This document shows positions 1 to 10,215 of a DNA stretch of 64,000 bases, one piece after another. This DNA comes from Waterburya sp. (GTDB lineage Bacteria > Cyanobacteriota > Cyanobacteriia > Cyanobacteriales > Xenococcaceae), in contig CBDCJV010000002.1 in the NCBI GenBank assembly GCA_965217895.1, positions 3,744,001 to 3,808,000 on the forward strand, in the 5' to 3' direction. Each line of letters starts with the position of its first letter. Position 1 is the stretch's first letter. The position numbers were made by a program, and so were the translations under genes. Below the pieces are notes generated by a model. The model was not told the DNA's origin. It saw only the letters and a list, made by a program, of their open reading frames with translations, and made no database searches.

Positions 1-390
1 TTTTTTTCTGATCGGTTCAGTATTGGGTTTTTCGACAATCTCAATTTCAATCCAGCCATGTTCGGCGATGGGAAGATCGAATTGAGAAATTTGATAATTT
101 TTGGGTAAGTCAGGATAAAAATATTGCTTGCGATCGAATTTACTATAGGGAGCAATTTGACAGTTAAGAGCCAATCCAGCTTTAACAGCGTATTCCAGCA
201 CTTTTTCATTTAGTACAGGAAGTACTCCTGGATATCCTAAACAGATAGGAGAAATATTGGTGTTGGGGTTATCGCCATCAAATTTAGTAGATTCGCGACT
301 AAATATTTTAGTTTTGGTACTGAGTTGACAATGAGTTTCTAAGCCAATTATTGCTTCGTACTCTGTCTTAGGGAGTGCAGCGTTAGTCAT
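1..390 (-). CDS. gatB: Asp/Glu-tRNA amidotransferase subunit B, 5' part (runs off window start)
   Basis: Manual translation from ATG at 390: [31 protein letters not shown]...[12 protein letters not shown]...[21 protein letters not shown], the GatB N-terminal signature. Confidence 0.95.
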   Translation of the reverse strand, partial: MTNAALPKTEYEAIIGLETHCQLSTKTKIFSRESTKFDGDNPNTNISPICLGYPGVLPVLNEKVLEYAVKAGLALNCQIAPYSKFDRKQYFYPDLPKNYQISQFDLPIAEHGWIEIEIVEKPNTEPIRKK

Positions 391-597
391 AAATCTTTAA
401 CTTGATAAGAAGTAGTTTTCTTATTTTATCTGTTTTACTTCCTTTCAAAACAGGACATCATGTCTTGTTTGAGAATAGATTGATCTAAAAAATATCGTAT
501 ATTCAATCACTATACTAATGTTACCTAATGTAGGATAATTTAACTGTTTAAGAATTAGAGTTTTAGATAAGTTTATAGCTTATAACATTTAGTTTTT

Positions 598-1356
598 ATG
601 ATTCGTATCTTAATAGTTGACGATCAAAATCTGGTACGTGAAGGCGTAAAAGTTTTACTGGCAAATACTGAAGGAATTACAATTATAGGGGATGCTAAAG
701 ATGGCGCAAGTGCTTTACAGCAAATTGCAGAACTACAGCCCGATATCGTACTTCTAGACATAGAAATGCCTGGCATCAATGGATTAGCTGTAGCAGGTAA
801 AATTCGTTCTCAGTTTCCTCAAGTAAAGGTAATTATACTAAGCACTAGGGAAGATAAAGCCTCTGTGCAGAAAGCAACTGTCCAAGGTGCAAAAGGATAT
901 CTTCTCAAAACAGCATCTTCAGATGAGCTTGAATGGACAATTAAATTAGTAGAGCAGGGATATTCAGCAATGAAATCAGAATTAATGGGAGAACAATTAT
1001 TCCCAAACACTACAAACTCTGTCAGTCAATCTAATAAATCTAATTCTGTTTCTCGCCCTGCTCAAAACTATTCAAAAATGAATGGAGATGCAGCTACTGC
1101 TCAAAAACGCGATTTGGTTTCAGCATCTGTAATAGCGCAAAATAATAAGACAGATTTAAACAAGCTAGAAATCTTACTGGCAAATAATCCAGTTCAGCGC
1201 AAACGTCCAACTCATTTCAAACCCCAAAAAGCTCAGCGATTTCATAATGTAAGACTATTAAAATTTAGAAAGACCTTAGCAAGCTTTGAATTTAAACTCT
1301 TAATTTGCATTGTTTTGTTTTCCTTGGGATTTTTAATCTTTATTGCGTTAGCCTAA
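598..1356 (+). CDS. NarL-type response regulator receiver with low-complexity linker and C-terminal TM helix (no LuxR HTH)
   Basis: ILIVDD...DIVLLDIEMPGING...GAKGYLLK receiver motifs; hydrophobic tail LLICIVLFSLGFLIFIALA. Confidence 0.85.
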   Translation: MIRILIVDDQNLVREGVKVLLANTEGITIIGDAKDGASALQQIAELQPDIVLLDIEMPGINGLAVAGKIRSQFPQVKVIILSTREDKASVQKATVQGAKGYLLKTASSDELEWTIKLVEQGYSAMKSELMGEQLFPNTTNSVSQSNKSNSVSRPAQNYSKMNGDAATAQKRDLVSASVIAQNNKTDLNKLEILLANNPVQRKRPTHFKPQKAQRFHNVRLLKFRKTLASFEFKLLICIVLFSLGFLIFIALA

Positions 1357-1474
1357 ACTGCCAATTATTATTTCCCTAAATTAAATAATTCAAAGTAAAA
1401 ATAGTAAAAATTATATTTTATTAAATTATCTTCAATAAGTTTTAAAGGTGATTGCGATCGCGATTTAGATGATT

Positions 1475-2047
1475 TTAGCCATTGTTCACATTTTGAGTAG
1501 AAACTCTAGGTAAAGCAATAGTTTCGTTCCCTGGAGGTAAATCAGAACGAAGCTTAGTTGAGCTATTGCCTCCTAGCTGCTGCATTAAACTAGCCATCTC
1601 TAAAGCATTTAAGGCATAGTTCCAACCCAAATTACTTTTGATACCTGCACGCTCTAGGGCTTGTTGCATAGTATCGACAGTTAGCACCCCAAAAATAACG
1701 GGAATACCTGTCTGAAAACTTGCTGCTGCCACACCTTTAGCAGCTTCAGACGACACATAGTCGAAGTGAGGAGTCTGTCCACGAATTACTGCACCGAGGC
1801 AGATAATGGCATTATAGCCACCAGAAAGGGCTAGCTGTCGGGCTACCATAGCAATTTCGTAGCTACCTGGAACCCATACATAGTCTATCTGACCATGATC
1901 GGGGTCAATGTTGATGCCGTGACGTTTTAGACAGTCTTGGCAGCCTGAAATAAGTTTTTCGGTAACCAGATCATTAAAACGACCAATGACGATCGCCATG
2001 CGCCAGCTGGAGATATCCCCTGTAAAAGTTCCTTCAAAAACGGTCAT
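1475..2047 (-). CDS. ribH: 6,7-dimethyl-8-ribityllumazine synthase
   Basis: [40 protein letters not shown] motifs. Confidence 0.97.
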   Translation of the reverse strand: MTVFEGTFTGDISSWRMAIVIGRFNDLVTEKLISGCQDCLKRHGINIDPDHGQIDYVWVPGSYEIAMVARQLALSGGYNAIICLGAVIRGQTPHFDYVSSEAAKGVAAASFQTGIPVIFGVLTVDTMQQALERAGIKSNLGWNYALNALEMASLMQQLGGNSSTKLRSDLPPGNETIALPRVSTQNVNNG

Positions 2048-2142
2048 GAGCTAATGTTCAATAAGTATAGTAATTTTATGTGTCTGACGTTAATTAGGAA
2101 ATCGCTTTGCTAGCAAGGCGATCTCCTTGATAAATTTATTCC

Positions 2143-2331
2143 TTAAATAACAAAAAAGTTTAAGACAGCAACTGCTATCACTAAAACAGTCCAAATTCCC
2201 GAACCAACGTAGATCAAGGATTTGGATTGTTCCCAGTTCTGTGGGGAAGCATAGGCAACTGGCACGCCAATTACCATGACAAATGAAAATAGAACTAAAA
2301 CAGCTAATGCCAACTGAAATAAAATAGTCAT
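2143..2331 (-). CDS. psbZ: Photosystem II protein Z
   Basis: 62 aa, two TM helices, FQLAL...[16 protein letters not shown]; the psbZ-ribH order is typical of cyanobacteria. Confidence 0.97.
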   Translation of the reverse strand: MTILFQLALAVLVLFSFVMVIGVPVAYASPQNWEQSKSLIYVGSGIWTVLVIAVAVLNFFVI

Positions 2332-2586
2332 TGTTTGATTCTCCTAAATGTAAGATAGCCAAGGTCAACTGGCAAATCTTTAAATAATGTTTTAATTTGG
2401 TTTTTTTTCCTAATATATTACGCTACCAAAAATTGACTACATCTGAGAAGGGATCTTTGACACTGTGCTAGATAACTTTACTCAAACCTTTGTAAACTTT
2501 GTAAAATAAAACAATCTTGAATTTACCAGAAAATTTTAGTTTCCTGGTAAATTTGGGTAAAAATTACTAAAATTTCCTGATCATAA

Positions 2587-4098
2587 ATGTTAGATTTTCG
2601 AGCTAGCGGTGTTCTACTTCATCCAACTTCTCTGCCTAGCCGTTTTGGCATCGGCGATTTGGGACAGAACGCATATCAATTTATCGACTTTTTAGCCAAC
2701 AGCGACCAACAAATATGGCAAATTTTGCCAATTGGACCGACTGGTTACGGAAACTCACCATATCTATCTTATTCTGCTTTGGCAGGAAATCCGCTATTAA
2801 TTAGCCCTGAAATTTTACAAGGTCAAGGATTATTGACCACGGAAGAATTAGACAGACTACCTGAGTTCCCTATAGATCATGTTGATTTTGGCTCTGTAAT
2901 TGCTAGTAAAATGCCTTTGTTGCGTCTGGCAAGCGATCGCTTTAAAGAACAGGTCTCAGAAGCAGATAAAGAAGAATTTCAACGTTTTTGTAACGGTCAA
3001 AATGACTGGTTGAGTGACTATGCTCTGTTTATGTCCCTCAAAAAAGTTCATAATCATGCCAGTTGGAATCAATGGTCACAAGATATTGCCTATCGACAGC
3101 CTCAAGCCATGGTCAAGTGGGCAAATGAGTTAGCCGACGAGATATTCTTTCACAAATTTGTCCAGTATCAGTTTTTCTCTCAGTGGAAAAACCTCAAGCA
3201 CTATGCTAATCAAAAAGGAGTAAAAATCTTTGGCGATATCCCTATCTATGTAGCGCACGATAGCGTTGATGTTTGGGCGCACAACAAAATCTTTCGTTTA
3301 GATGAAAAAACAGGAGAAGCAGCTTTAATGGCGGGTGTTCCTCCAGATTACTTTAGTGCCACTGGTCAACTTTGGGGTAATCCTGTTTATAATTGGGAAG
3401 AACTAACCAAAACAGACTTTAAGTGGTGGATTAGGAGAGTTGAAGGCATCCTCGAATATGTAGACATTATTCGTATCGATCATTTTCGAGGGCTTCAAGC
3501 ATATTGGGCAGTGCCTCAAGGATCGGATACGGCAATGGACGGTACATGGCTTGACGCTCCTGGAGACGAATTTTTCCAACAGTTAGAAAAACAACTGGGT
3601 AAGCTACCAATTGTGGCGGAGGATTTGGGAGTAATTACGCCAGAGGTAGAGGCGTTGCGGGACAAATTTGGTTTTCCAGGCATGAAAATCATTCAGTTTG
3701 CCTTTGATTCTGACCGTGACAATGGTTTTCTACCCTACAACTATACAGATCGCAACTGTATTGTTTACACTGGTTCCCACGATAACAATACTACCGTCGG
3801 CTGGTATGAACAGCGATCGCCTGAAGACAAAGCGAAGGTCATAGACTATTTAGGCTGTATTGGTCAAGATGGTATTCACTGGGCATTAATTCGCATGGCA
3901 CTGGCTTCTGTGGGAAATACGGTGGTGTTGCCGTTTCAAGATATTCTAGGCTTAGGTACAGATGCTAAAATGAACACTCCTGCTCAACCTACAGGAAACT
4001 GGTCTTGGCGTTGTCGTGCAGAGGCTTTTAATGATGAGTTGAGCGGTCGCTTGCGACACCTTACTTATCTTTATGGGCGCACGCCAGTTCAAAGTTAA
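2587..4098 (+). CDS. malQ: 4-alpha-glucanotransferase (amylomaltase, GH77)
   Basis: GVLLHPTSLP, GVPPDYFSATGQLWGNP, RIDHFRG, AEDLG, YTGSHDNNT. Confidence 0.97.
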   Translation: MLDFRASGVLLHPTSLPSRFGIGDLGQNAYQFIDFLANSDQQIWQILPIGPTGYGNSPYLSYSALAGNPLLISPEILQGQGLLTTEELDRLPEFPIDHVDFGSVIASKMPLLRLASDRFKEQVSEADKEEFQRFCNGQNDWLSDYALFMSLKKVHNHASWNQWSQDIAYRQPQAMVKWANELADEIFFHKFVQYQFFSQWKNLKHYANQKGVKIFGDIPIYVAHDSVDVWAHNKIFRLDEKTGEAALMAGVPPDYFSATGQLWGNPVYNWEELTKTDFKWWIRRVEGILEYVDIIRIDHFRGLQAYWAVPQGSDTAMDGTWLDAPGDEFFQQLEKQLGKLPIVAEDLGVITPEVEALRDKFGFPGMKIIQFAFDSDRDNGFLPYNYTDRNCIVYTGSHDNNTTVGWYEQRSPEDKAKVIDYLGCIGQDGIHWALIRMALASVGNTVVLPFQDILGLGTDAKMNTPAQPTGNWSWRCRAEAFNDELSGRLRHLTYLYGRTPVQS

Positions 4099-4315
4099 GG
4101 GCGAACGGCCCTAAAGGGTTCGTTAGTCGCTCTTTGTACGGCGCGTTTTTTGTATGAGTATTCACACACGGCGCGTTTTGGGACAGAATCTTCTGACCCA
4201 AAAGCCGCCTTAAAAAAGCCGCCTTTGGAAACCAACACCGCGAGAGTGGAATATGCCCTTTAACTCAGGGCATTTCCTCTCGCAAAGACCGCGCTAACTC
4301 ACTGTTCGCCCGTAC
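4099..4315. repeat. Nested composite of small dispersed palindromic repeats inside a GGGCGAAC..GTTCGCCC hairpin
   Basis: GC-rich intergenic patch; outer arms GGGCGAACGG (4099) / CTGTTCGCCC (4302); several internal inverted-repeat pairs. Confidence 0.75.
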
Positions 4316-4360
4316 GGTTAGTAGTTTGATAAACTGGTAGCAAATTTTAATTGAAGTAGC

Positions 4361-5035
4361 ATGAGTTGGATTATTTTCAATATTGTCGAAAAGATTAGAC
4401 TTTACTCCCAAAGACAAGAGTTAAGACTAGCTAAGGCAGTGGCAGCTAATGATGTTGCTGCTGTCGAAAAGCTATTGCAGCAGGGAGTAGATCCCAATAC
4501 AAAAATAGTAGGGCAAGCATCTGAATCACTAATATTTTTGGTGTTTGAGAAAGTTTGGTTTACCTTGCCTCAGGAGTTGATTAGCGATCGCTTAAGAACC
4601 AGTTATTATATTACAGCCAAAGAGAAATGTCTGCGGTTGCTATTAGAATACGGAGCAAATTCAAATGTCAGAAATAGTTTGGGGCGTAGTGTTCTAGAAG
4701 TAGCTATTCTCTGGTGTATGCCTCAGATTGTTAAGCTATTATTGCTTCATGGAGCAGATCCTAATTTTAGAGATCAAAATGGCATTACCCCTCTGATGAA
4801 AACGGCTATTTTAGGTATTCAAGATGCCAGAGCAATCGAGGACAAGTTACAAATAATTATGCACCTAATTGAAAGTGGTGCAGAAATCGATGCTCAAACG
4901 CCAAATGGTAAGACGGCTTTGATGTATGCTACTGGCAATGCCAGAATGGAAATAGTTGAGCTGTTGGTTAGTAGCGGAGCATCTTTATCAGTTACAAATA
5001 GTCAAGGAAATCAGGCCAGGGACATAATTGGTTGA
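4361..5035 (+). CDS. Ankyrin repeat protein (C-terminus possibly truncated)
   Basis: Repeated LLxxGADPN, GxTPLM and GKTALMYA ankyrin motifs. Confidence 0.88.
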   Translation: MSWIIFNIVEKIRLYSQRQELRLAKAVAANDVAAVEKLLQQGVDPNTKIVGQASESLIFLVFEKVWFTLPQELISDRLRTSYYITAKEKCLRLLLEYGANSNVRNSLGRSVLEVAILWCMPQIVKLLLLHGADPNFRDQNGITPLMKTAILGIQDARAIEDKLQIIMHLIESGAEIDAQTPNGKTALMYATGNARMEIVELLVSSGASLSVTNSQGNQARDIIG

Positions 5036-5359
5036 GAAGTTAGCCAAGAATAAAGAATCCCCTAATTTTTAGTTAGATAGAAACCCCACAGGAATTAATT
5101 AGGTGTTATTCGGTCAATGCTTTACAATCTATACGCTATATAGTATCTGCTAATCTTAAGCCTTACATCGATAGACCTGAATTAATCAATTAACTCTATC
5201 GTATGGAAACTATGTTTGAAGCTAGCTGGAACGATAATGTTAGCGTTGGCTCGTTAAACAAAAATCAAGTTAAACGCAAGTTTGGTAAGTTAATAATTGG
5301 AAAAACAACTGGCTACACGGCTCGTTGGCTTTACAGATTGCTAAAAAAATATTGTGTTA

Positions 5360-5653
5360 ATGATGAACAGTGAAAGTTTATTTGCTATTTCTTTGTTTCC
5401 CTATCTCGGTTTTTTATGGTTCATGACTCGCTCAGGAAAAACGCCACGTTTAGCTTTAATTGGCTTTTATGTCCTGCTAATTTTTGTGATAGTTACTATT
5501 CCTGCGGGCATTTATGCTCAAGCTCATTATGGAAAAGAATTAGCTAATGTCGATTGGCTACATGGCAGTGCAGAATTGTTTTTAACTCTTTCTAATATTT
5601 TAGTGGTTTTAGGTTTTCGTCAGGCAATTATCAAACTGAAAAAAACTGAATAA
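5360..5653 (+). CDS. DUF3593-like small membrane protein
   Basis: LFAISLFPYLGFLW...LANVDWLHGSAE, a conserved cyanobacterial/plant family. Confidence 0.8.
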   Translation: MMNSESLFAISLFPYLGFLWFMTRSGKTPRLALIGFYVLLIFVIVTIPAGIYAQAHYGKELANVDWLHGSAELFLTLSNILVVLGFRQAIIKLKKTE

Positions 5654-5654
5654 T

Positions 5655-5692
5655 ATTGAACCCAGACAAATTTTACTTTATCTGGGTTCAAT
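5655..5692. terminator. Hairpin between convergent genes
   Basis: ATTGAACCCAGA...TCTGGGTTCAAT 12-bp stem directly after the stop codon. Confidence 0.6.
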
Positions 5693-5793
5693 TGCTTATA
5701 TGCTGACCTTATATATTGGTTGGTCAGCGTTATTTATATCTCATAGTCTAAGCTGCTTGCCTGGCTCTAGACTGTGATCTAAATCAAGCTCAT

Positions 5794-6555
5794 TCATACT
5801 TTTGAAGCCAGAGGAGTGGAAAATGCTGCTGCTGGCTGTCTAATTTCCACAGGTGCGTCGTCTTTGACCAGAGAACGAGAATTATCTTCAGCCGTAAACA
5901 TATTGCCAACCATGGCAAACATGGCATCAATTTTGCGTTTGCGCCATTCGGTAACTAGAGCATCTACCTGTGTATTCGATAATCTTCGCTGCATTGCTTC
6001 ATAAAGATAGGCTGCGTGTCTGGTTTCGTCTTCGGCGACGCTGAGGATACTCTGCTGTAGATTACGGCTTTTGGGTTCGTGTTCGGGTAAGGCTCTTGCC
6101 ATCCGTGCAAAATCTTTGCTGGCATCTAGCTCTAGAATATAGGTACTAGCCATAAACACCTGCCAATCTATTTTGTCAGCTTTGAGTGATGCTGGATCAT
6201 AATCACGATAATACTTACCAAAGAAAGGACTAGGCTTTTCGGTTTTTTTGCTTTGCTGTTTTCTTTCCTCAAAGGTCATTACCTGTTTTCCCAGCTGCTT
6301 AAGCCCATGAGCAAAGATTTGACCATGGCGTTTTTCATCAGCAGCATGGATCGTTAGCTTCTCGGCTAGCCAGGTATCTCCTTCTGTAGCTGCTCTTGCT
6401 GCGAGATTACTCAAAAAAGGTACTGCTCCAGATTCGGCTAGTTGAAAACCTGCTAGGGTGTTGGGGCGAGTTTGCGGATCTCGTAATTTATTTGCCAAAA
6501 TGTATGCCGTAGCACCTGAACCAATAACGTTGAGAATGTTGGTAAAAAAGTCCAT
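5794..6555 (-). CDS. Ferritin-like (di-iron four-helix bundle) domain protein
   Basis: Two D-E-x-R-H motifs (DEKRH, DETRH) plus AES and LE ligand positions. Confidence 0.8.
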   Translation of the reverse strand: MDFFTNILNVIGSGATAYILANKLRDPQTRPNTLAGFQLAESGAVPFLSNLAARAATEGDTWLAEKLTIHAADEKRHGQIFAHGLKQLGKQVMTFEERKQQSKKTEKPSPFFGKYYRDYDPASLKADKIDWQVFMASTYILELDASKDFARMARALPEHEPKSRNLQQSILSVAEDETRHAAYLYEAMQRRLSNTQVDALVTEWRKRKIDAMFAMVGNMFTAEDNSRSLVKDDAPVEIRQPAAAFSTPLASKV

Positions 6556-6646
6556 TGCGATTTAATTATTTGTGTGGGGTTAGTTCTATTGTATTCAAGA
6601 TAATTATTTAAATCTAAATTTCGGTGATGGATTCAACATAAATCGA

Positions 6647-7297
6647 TTAAACTTGCTGTTGCTCCCAAAGTCTCAGTCTGATTAGAAACTGCTGCCAGTA
6701 TTCACTGAGAGCTTCTGCATTGAGGCGAAAGATTTGCGCGGGTCGATCTTCTAGGGCGATCGCAATAATTGCCCGATCTATTTGCACATCATAGAGATGA
6801 TTAATCGCTGCGGTATAGGCAGTTAACTGTAAACAATAATCAGCGATCCATTCACTCTGTTTGGGTTTAGAGGCTGTTTTCCAATCAAAAACACAAAGTT
6901 CACTTTCCCATGCCCCCAAACAGTCAAAACGTCCTGCATACTTGTATTCTGTATGATATACTGCCGATTCAATCAAATGAACCTCGCCAACCGATTCTAA
7001 AACTGGTTCAATAGACTGCCAGTAAGGATTGTTTGGCACATCATCAGGTAAATCTTGACCAGCCAAAAAATAATTGATTGCTGTATGAATAGAAGTACCT
7101 CGACGGCAAGCATCGGTACTAATTTTTTGTGCTTGTTTGACTCCAACTCGTTTACGCCATCTGTGTAAAGCCTGACGGTCTTTTTCGGGTTTAGTGGCAG
7201 CTAAAATTGTGCTAACAGAAGGATAAGCCTGTCCGTTAAAACTTAATCTACGTTTGCGATCGACAGTTACGTACTTGACTGGAATGTAAGTGAACAT
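6647..7297 (-). CDS. PD-(D/E)XK exonuclease, MGME1/phage-exonuclease-like
   Basis: YPSVSTIL, RGTSIH, E...YAGRFD...DWKT, YxLQLxAY motifs. Confidence 0.8.
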   Translation of the reverse strand: MFTYIPVKYVTVDRKRRLSFNGQAYPSVSTILAATKPEKDRQALHRWRKRVGVKQAQKISTDACRRGTSIHTAINYFLAGQDLPDDVPNNPYWQSIEPVLESVGEVHLIESAVYHTEYKYAGRFDCLGAWESELCVFDWKTASKPKQSEWIADYCLQLTAYTAAINHLYDVQIDRAIIAIALEDRPAQIFRLNAEALSEYWQQFLIRLRLWEQQQV

Positions 7298-7440
7298 TAA
7301 GTATTGCTGACTAAAAATATGTTTATATTAATCGAAAAGTATGATTTTATACATTTTTTTGGGCAATATTCAGCTGATTGTTTCTATGGATGGATTTAAT
7401 TTTGCATAGCTACTTACAATAGTTATTTCTGTCTACGTGC

Positions 7441-7518
7441 CTAGTATCGCTACAGGGAAGTAAAAAGTAAAAAGCATTTAACTGTAAGGCTTTGACAATT
7501 TATGCCAGCGTCTACTAG
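7441..7518 (-). mobile_element. CTAG-bounded miniature element, copy A
   Basis: Reverse strand reads CTAGTAGACGCTGGCATAAAT...GCGATACTAG; homologous ends at 55987 and 58765. Confidence 0.65.
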
Positions 7519-7797
7519 ATAATATACTTCTACTCTAAACATTTACTATCTTATTAGAAAAAAACTATCCTTCAATTTCATTGAAAAACAAACTTCTTAC
7601 GCTTTATACTTTGTAAAAATAGAGTAACAAAATGATCTAAAATTTATCTTATTCTGTGATATTTAATCTAGAAAAGCATCTTTGTAGCAAACTAGTTTTT
7701 AAGTTTTCAAAAATATTGACAATATTCCTCAAGAATGATTTAAAAAAATTCTTTAGAGAATAAAACTACTATTATGAAAGCTTAATTTAAATATATA

Positions 7798-8997
7798 ATG
7801 ATTCGTATTTTATTGGTAGACGATCAAAACCTAGTGCAACAGGGAATAAAATCGCTGTTGGATCGAGATCGAGAATTGAAAGTGATTGGAACGGTAAAAG
7901 ATGGTCGAAGTGCAATTAAGCAGATCAATCTCTTACGCCCTGACATTGTATTGCTTGACATTGAAATGCCAGGCATGAATGGCATTTCTGTCACAAAATA
8001 TATTACTCATTTTCTTCCCCAAACAAAAGTTATTATTCTCAGTAGTCACGAAGACAAAAAATATTTAGTTCAAGCATTAGTGGCTGGAGCAAAAGCATAC
8101 ATACTAAAAAGTAGCCTAATGAAGGATTTGAAACAGGCTATTTTGGCTGTTGATAATGGATACTTCCAAATGGAGTCTAGGCTACTTGCAAAAGTGCTTT
8201 ATTCTAGTAAGATAAAGCCTCCTATTGCTAAACACAGTTCTCTTAAAGTACAGAGCGTTAGTAATGACGATATAAATGAGCGGAAATTTATAGACACAAA
8301 AAAAACTAATCAAATAAAGTTAGAAAATAATAATAGATTGCAAGAGACTTCCACAAAACTTGAAGATACAGATTCTACTGATTTGGTAGTACCAGAACAA
8401 AAGCTTTCTCAAACCAACATTCTGAATTCACTTGAGGTAAATCAAGAAAACTCCTCCCAAACACCCGATCATGCAACACCAGAACAAATAACTAAAATTC
8501 AAGCTGCTAATATAGAAGAAAAAGCGAAGCTACCTGAAGTTAATCATGCCGAATCGACGATTTCTGCCAATAAAACTGCCCAAACTGCTGAATCTACTTT
8601 AAATCAGCTTGACCATCACGAGTCCTTAAGCGATCGCGCTTCTAGCCCGATAAATGTAACCGCTGTGAGTCAAAATGCTTTGGTTCGAGTTGCAAAACCA
8701 TCTTTGACTCAACAGCAAATACTGCTAAATTCTCACCAAAATAGAAAAGAGTTGGGCAGAACCTCTGGAATTAAAAATTACTGGTGGCGGTTGAGCAATC
8801 GACCAGAAATACGTTCATACAAATCTAAGATTTTGGCATATTCTCAACCGATAGTAGCTAAATATAAGCCCGTATTTGAAAAATATAAGTCACAATTGTT
8901 GTTGTTCATTAATCAAAAAAAAATGCGAAAATGGTTGTCGAACATAGGACTAATATTTTTGGGAGCAGCTATAGTTTTGATTTTGCATAGCTTATAA
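7798..8997 (+). CDS. NarL-type receiver protein with long polar linker and C-terminal TM helix
   Basis: ILLVDDQ...DIVLLDIEMPGMNG...AKAYILK; tail WLSNIGLIFLGAAIVLILHSL; paralog of 598 and 62225. Confidence 0.82.
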   Translation: MIRILLVDDQNLVQQGIKSLLDRDRELKVIGTVKDGRSAIKQINLLRPDIVLLDIEMPGMNGISVTKYITHFLPQTKVIILSSHEDKKYLVQALVAGAKAYILKSSLMKDLKQAILAVDNGYFQMESRLLAKVLYSSKIKPPIAKHSSLKVQSVSNDDINERKFIDTKKTNQIKLENNNRLQETSTKLEDTDSTDLVVPEQKLSQTNILNSLEVNQENSSQTPDHATPEQITKIQAANIEEKAKLPEVNHAESTISANKTAQTAESTLNQLDHHESLSDRASSPINVTAVSQNALVRVAKPSLTQQQILLNSHQNRKELGRTSGIKNYWWRLSNRPEIRSYKSKILAYSQPIVAKYKPVFEKYKSQLLLFINQKKMRKWLSNIGLIFLGAAIVLILHSL

Positions 8998-9016
8998 TTA
9001 AAAATTGATTTTAAAT

Positions 9017-9045
9017 TGAACCAACATTAGCTATCTTCAGTCTAA
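9017..9045 (+). promoter_or_regulatory. Candidate ECF-sigma promoter (TGAACC-N17-GTCTAA)
   Basis: AAC-containing -35 and GTCT -10 with a 17-nt spacer, 30 nt upstream of the ECF sigma start. Confidence 0.45.
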
Positions 9046-9074
9046 AAAGAAGTACTGAAAATTATTTCTGGAAA

Positions 9075-9740
9075 ATGAGCGAAATATTGGCTAGTCAGAG
9101 AATAATATTTGCTCTGAGTGACGACGGTGAAAAAGCAAGTACAGCAGATGCAAAATCAGAGAACCGAGTGCAGACAGAACAAGAATTGATATGGCTATGT
9201 CAAAAAGGCGATCGCCAGAGTTTTCGGCTGCTTTACCAACGCTATCAGCAGCGGGTGCGTTCAACTCTTTATCAGCTTTGCGGAACTCCTCTACTAGATG
9301 ATTTAGTGCAGGAAGTTTTTTTGAAAGCCTGGAAAGGATTACCCAAGTTAAAAACAGCAAAACATTTTTCTACTTGGCTTTATCGCATTAGCTGGAACGT
9401 GGCAACGGATCAAAGACGAAAACTAGCCAAAGGTCGCGAAAAAATAGATTCCCATGAGAAATCTTGGGAAAAGGAACAGCTAAACCATAGTAAAGATCTT
9501 TCTAGCCTTCAAGATACGCCAGATTTAATGCACCTGCACTATCAAGATCTAGTACAAAGAGGTTTAGATAGTCTAAGCTACGAACATCGTACAGTCTTAG
9601 TTCTTCATGACTTAGAAGACCTACCTCAAAAACAAGTAGCTGAAATTTTAGATATACCAGTGGGAACGGTAAAATCTCGCCTATTTCATGCCAGAAATTT
9701 ATTAAAAAACTTTTTAGATCAACAAGGAATATCTTTTTAA
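9075..9740 (+). CDS. ECF (group 4) RNA polymerase sigma-70 factor
   Basis: Region 2 DLVQEVFLKAW...FSTWLYRI and region 4 VAEILDIPVGTVKSRLFHAR. Confidence 0.92.
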   Translation: MSEILASQRIIFALSDDGEKASTADAKSENRVQTEQELIWLCQKGDRQSFRLLYQRYQQRVRSTLYQLCGTPLLDDLVQEVFLKAWKGLPKLKTAKHFSTWLYRISWNVATDQRRKLAKGREKIDSHEKSWEKEQLNHSKDLSSLQDTPDLMHLHYQDLVQRGLDSLSYEHRTVLVLHDLEDLPQKQVAEILDIPVGTVKSRLFHARNLLKNFLDQQGISF

Positions 9741-9756
9741 TTTAAGATTACTCATC

Positions 9757-10143
9757 ATGAATAAGTTTCATAACAATAACCGAAATAATCTTGTCAGTTT
9801 TTTGCGGCACAATAAGTCAACTCCTCCAAACGCACATTCTGATTTGGAACAAAGAATTATTGATTCTTTAGAACCGCGAGTCAAAGAACGAAAACGATAT
9901 TTAAAAGCTACCTGGACTATTCCTAGTGCGATCGCGACAGGCTTTTTATTTACCTCTGTTAGTTTTGGTTTAAAAACTTCTCGTATTGCTATTGAACCGA
10001 AAGATTTAGAGAACTTTATGGTCAAAAATTGGCAGGACACTTTTAATTCTGCTGATTATGCCGTTGCTGAAGAAACGGAAGCATATTGGTTATTGCCAGA
10101 TATTATTGAACCTCAGCCAGCTTTATCAGTCTCTGCTCAATAA
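9757..10143 (+). CDS. Putative single-TM anti-sigma factor
   Basis: Directly downstream of the ECF sigma; LVSFLR..PP...LEQRI N-terminus and a central TM (WTIPSAIATGFLF). Confidence 0.6.
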   Translation: MNKFHNNNRNNLVSFLRHNKSTPPNAHSDLEQRIIDSLEPRVKERKRYLKATWTIPSAIATGFLFTSVSFGLKTSRIAIEPKDLENFMVKNWQDTFNSADYAVAEETEAYWLLPDIIEPQPALSVSAQ

Positions 10144-10215
10144 TAAACAATAATAAAGATTAGTTTTTGCATCACAACTTGGATTTATTTTTTAATTTTA
10201 TTACCAATTTTTGAT

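Noticed and set aside
2488..2505. RpaB HLR1 site between psbZ and malQ
   Set aside because: TTTACAAA repeats have 9-nt rather than 10-nt period.
6647..7297. Cas4 / CRISPR locus
   Set aside because: The four-Cys Fe-S pattern is missing, and there are no cas genes or repeat-spacer array.
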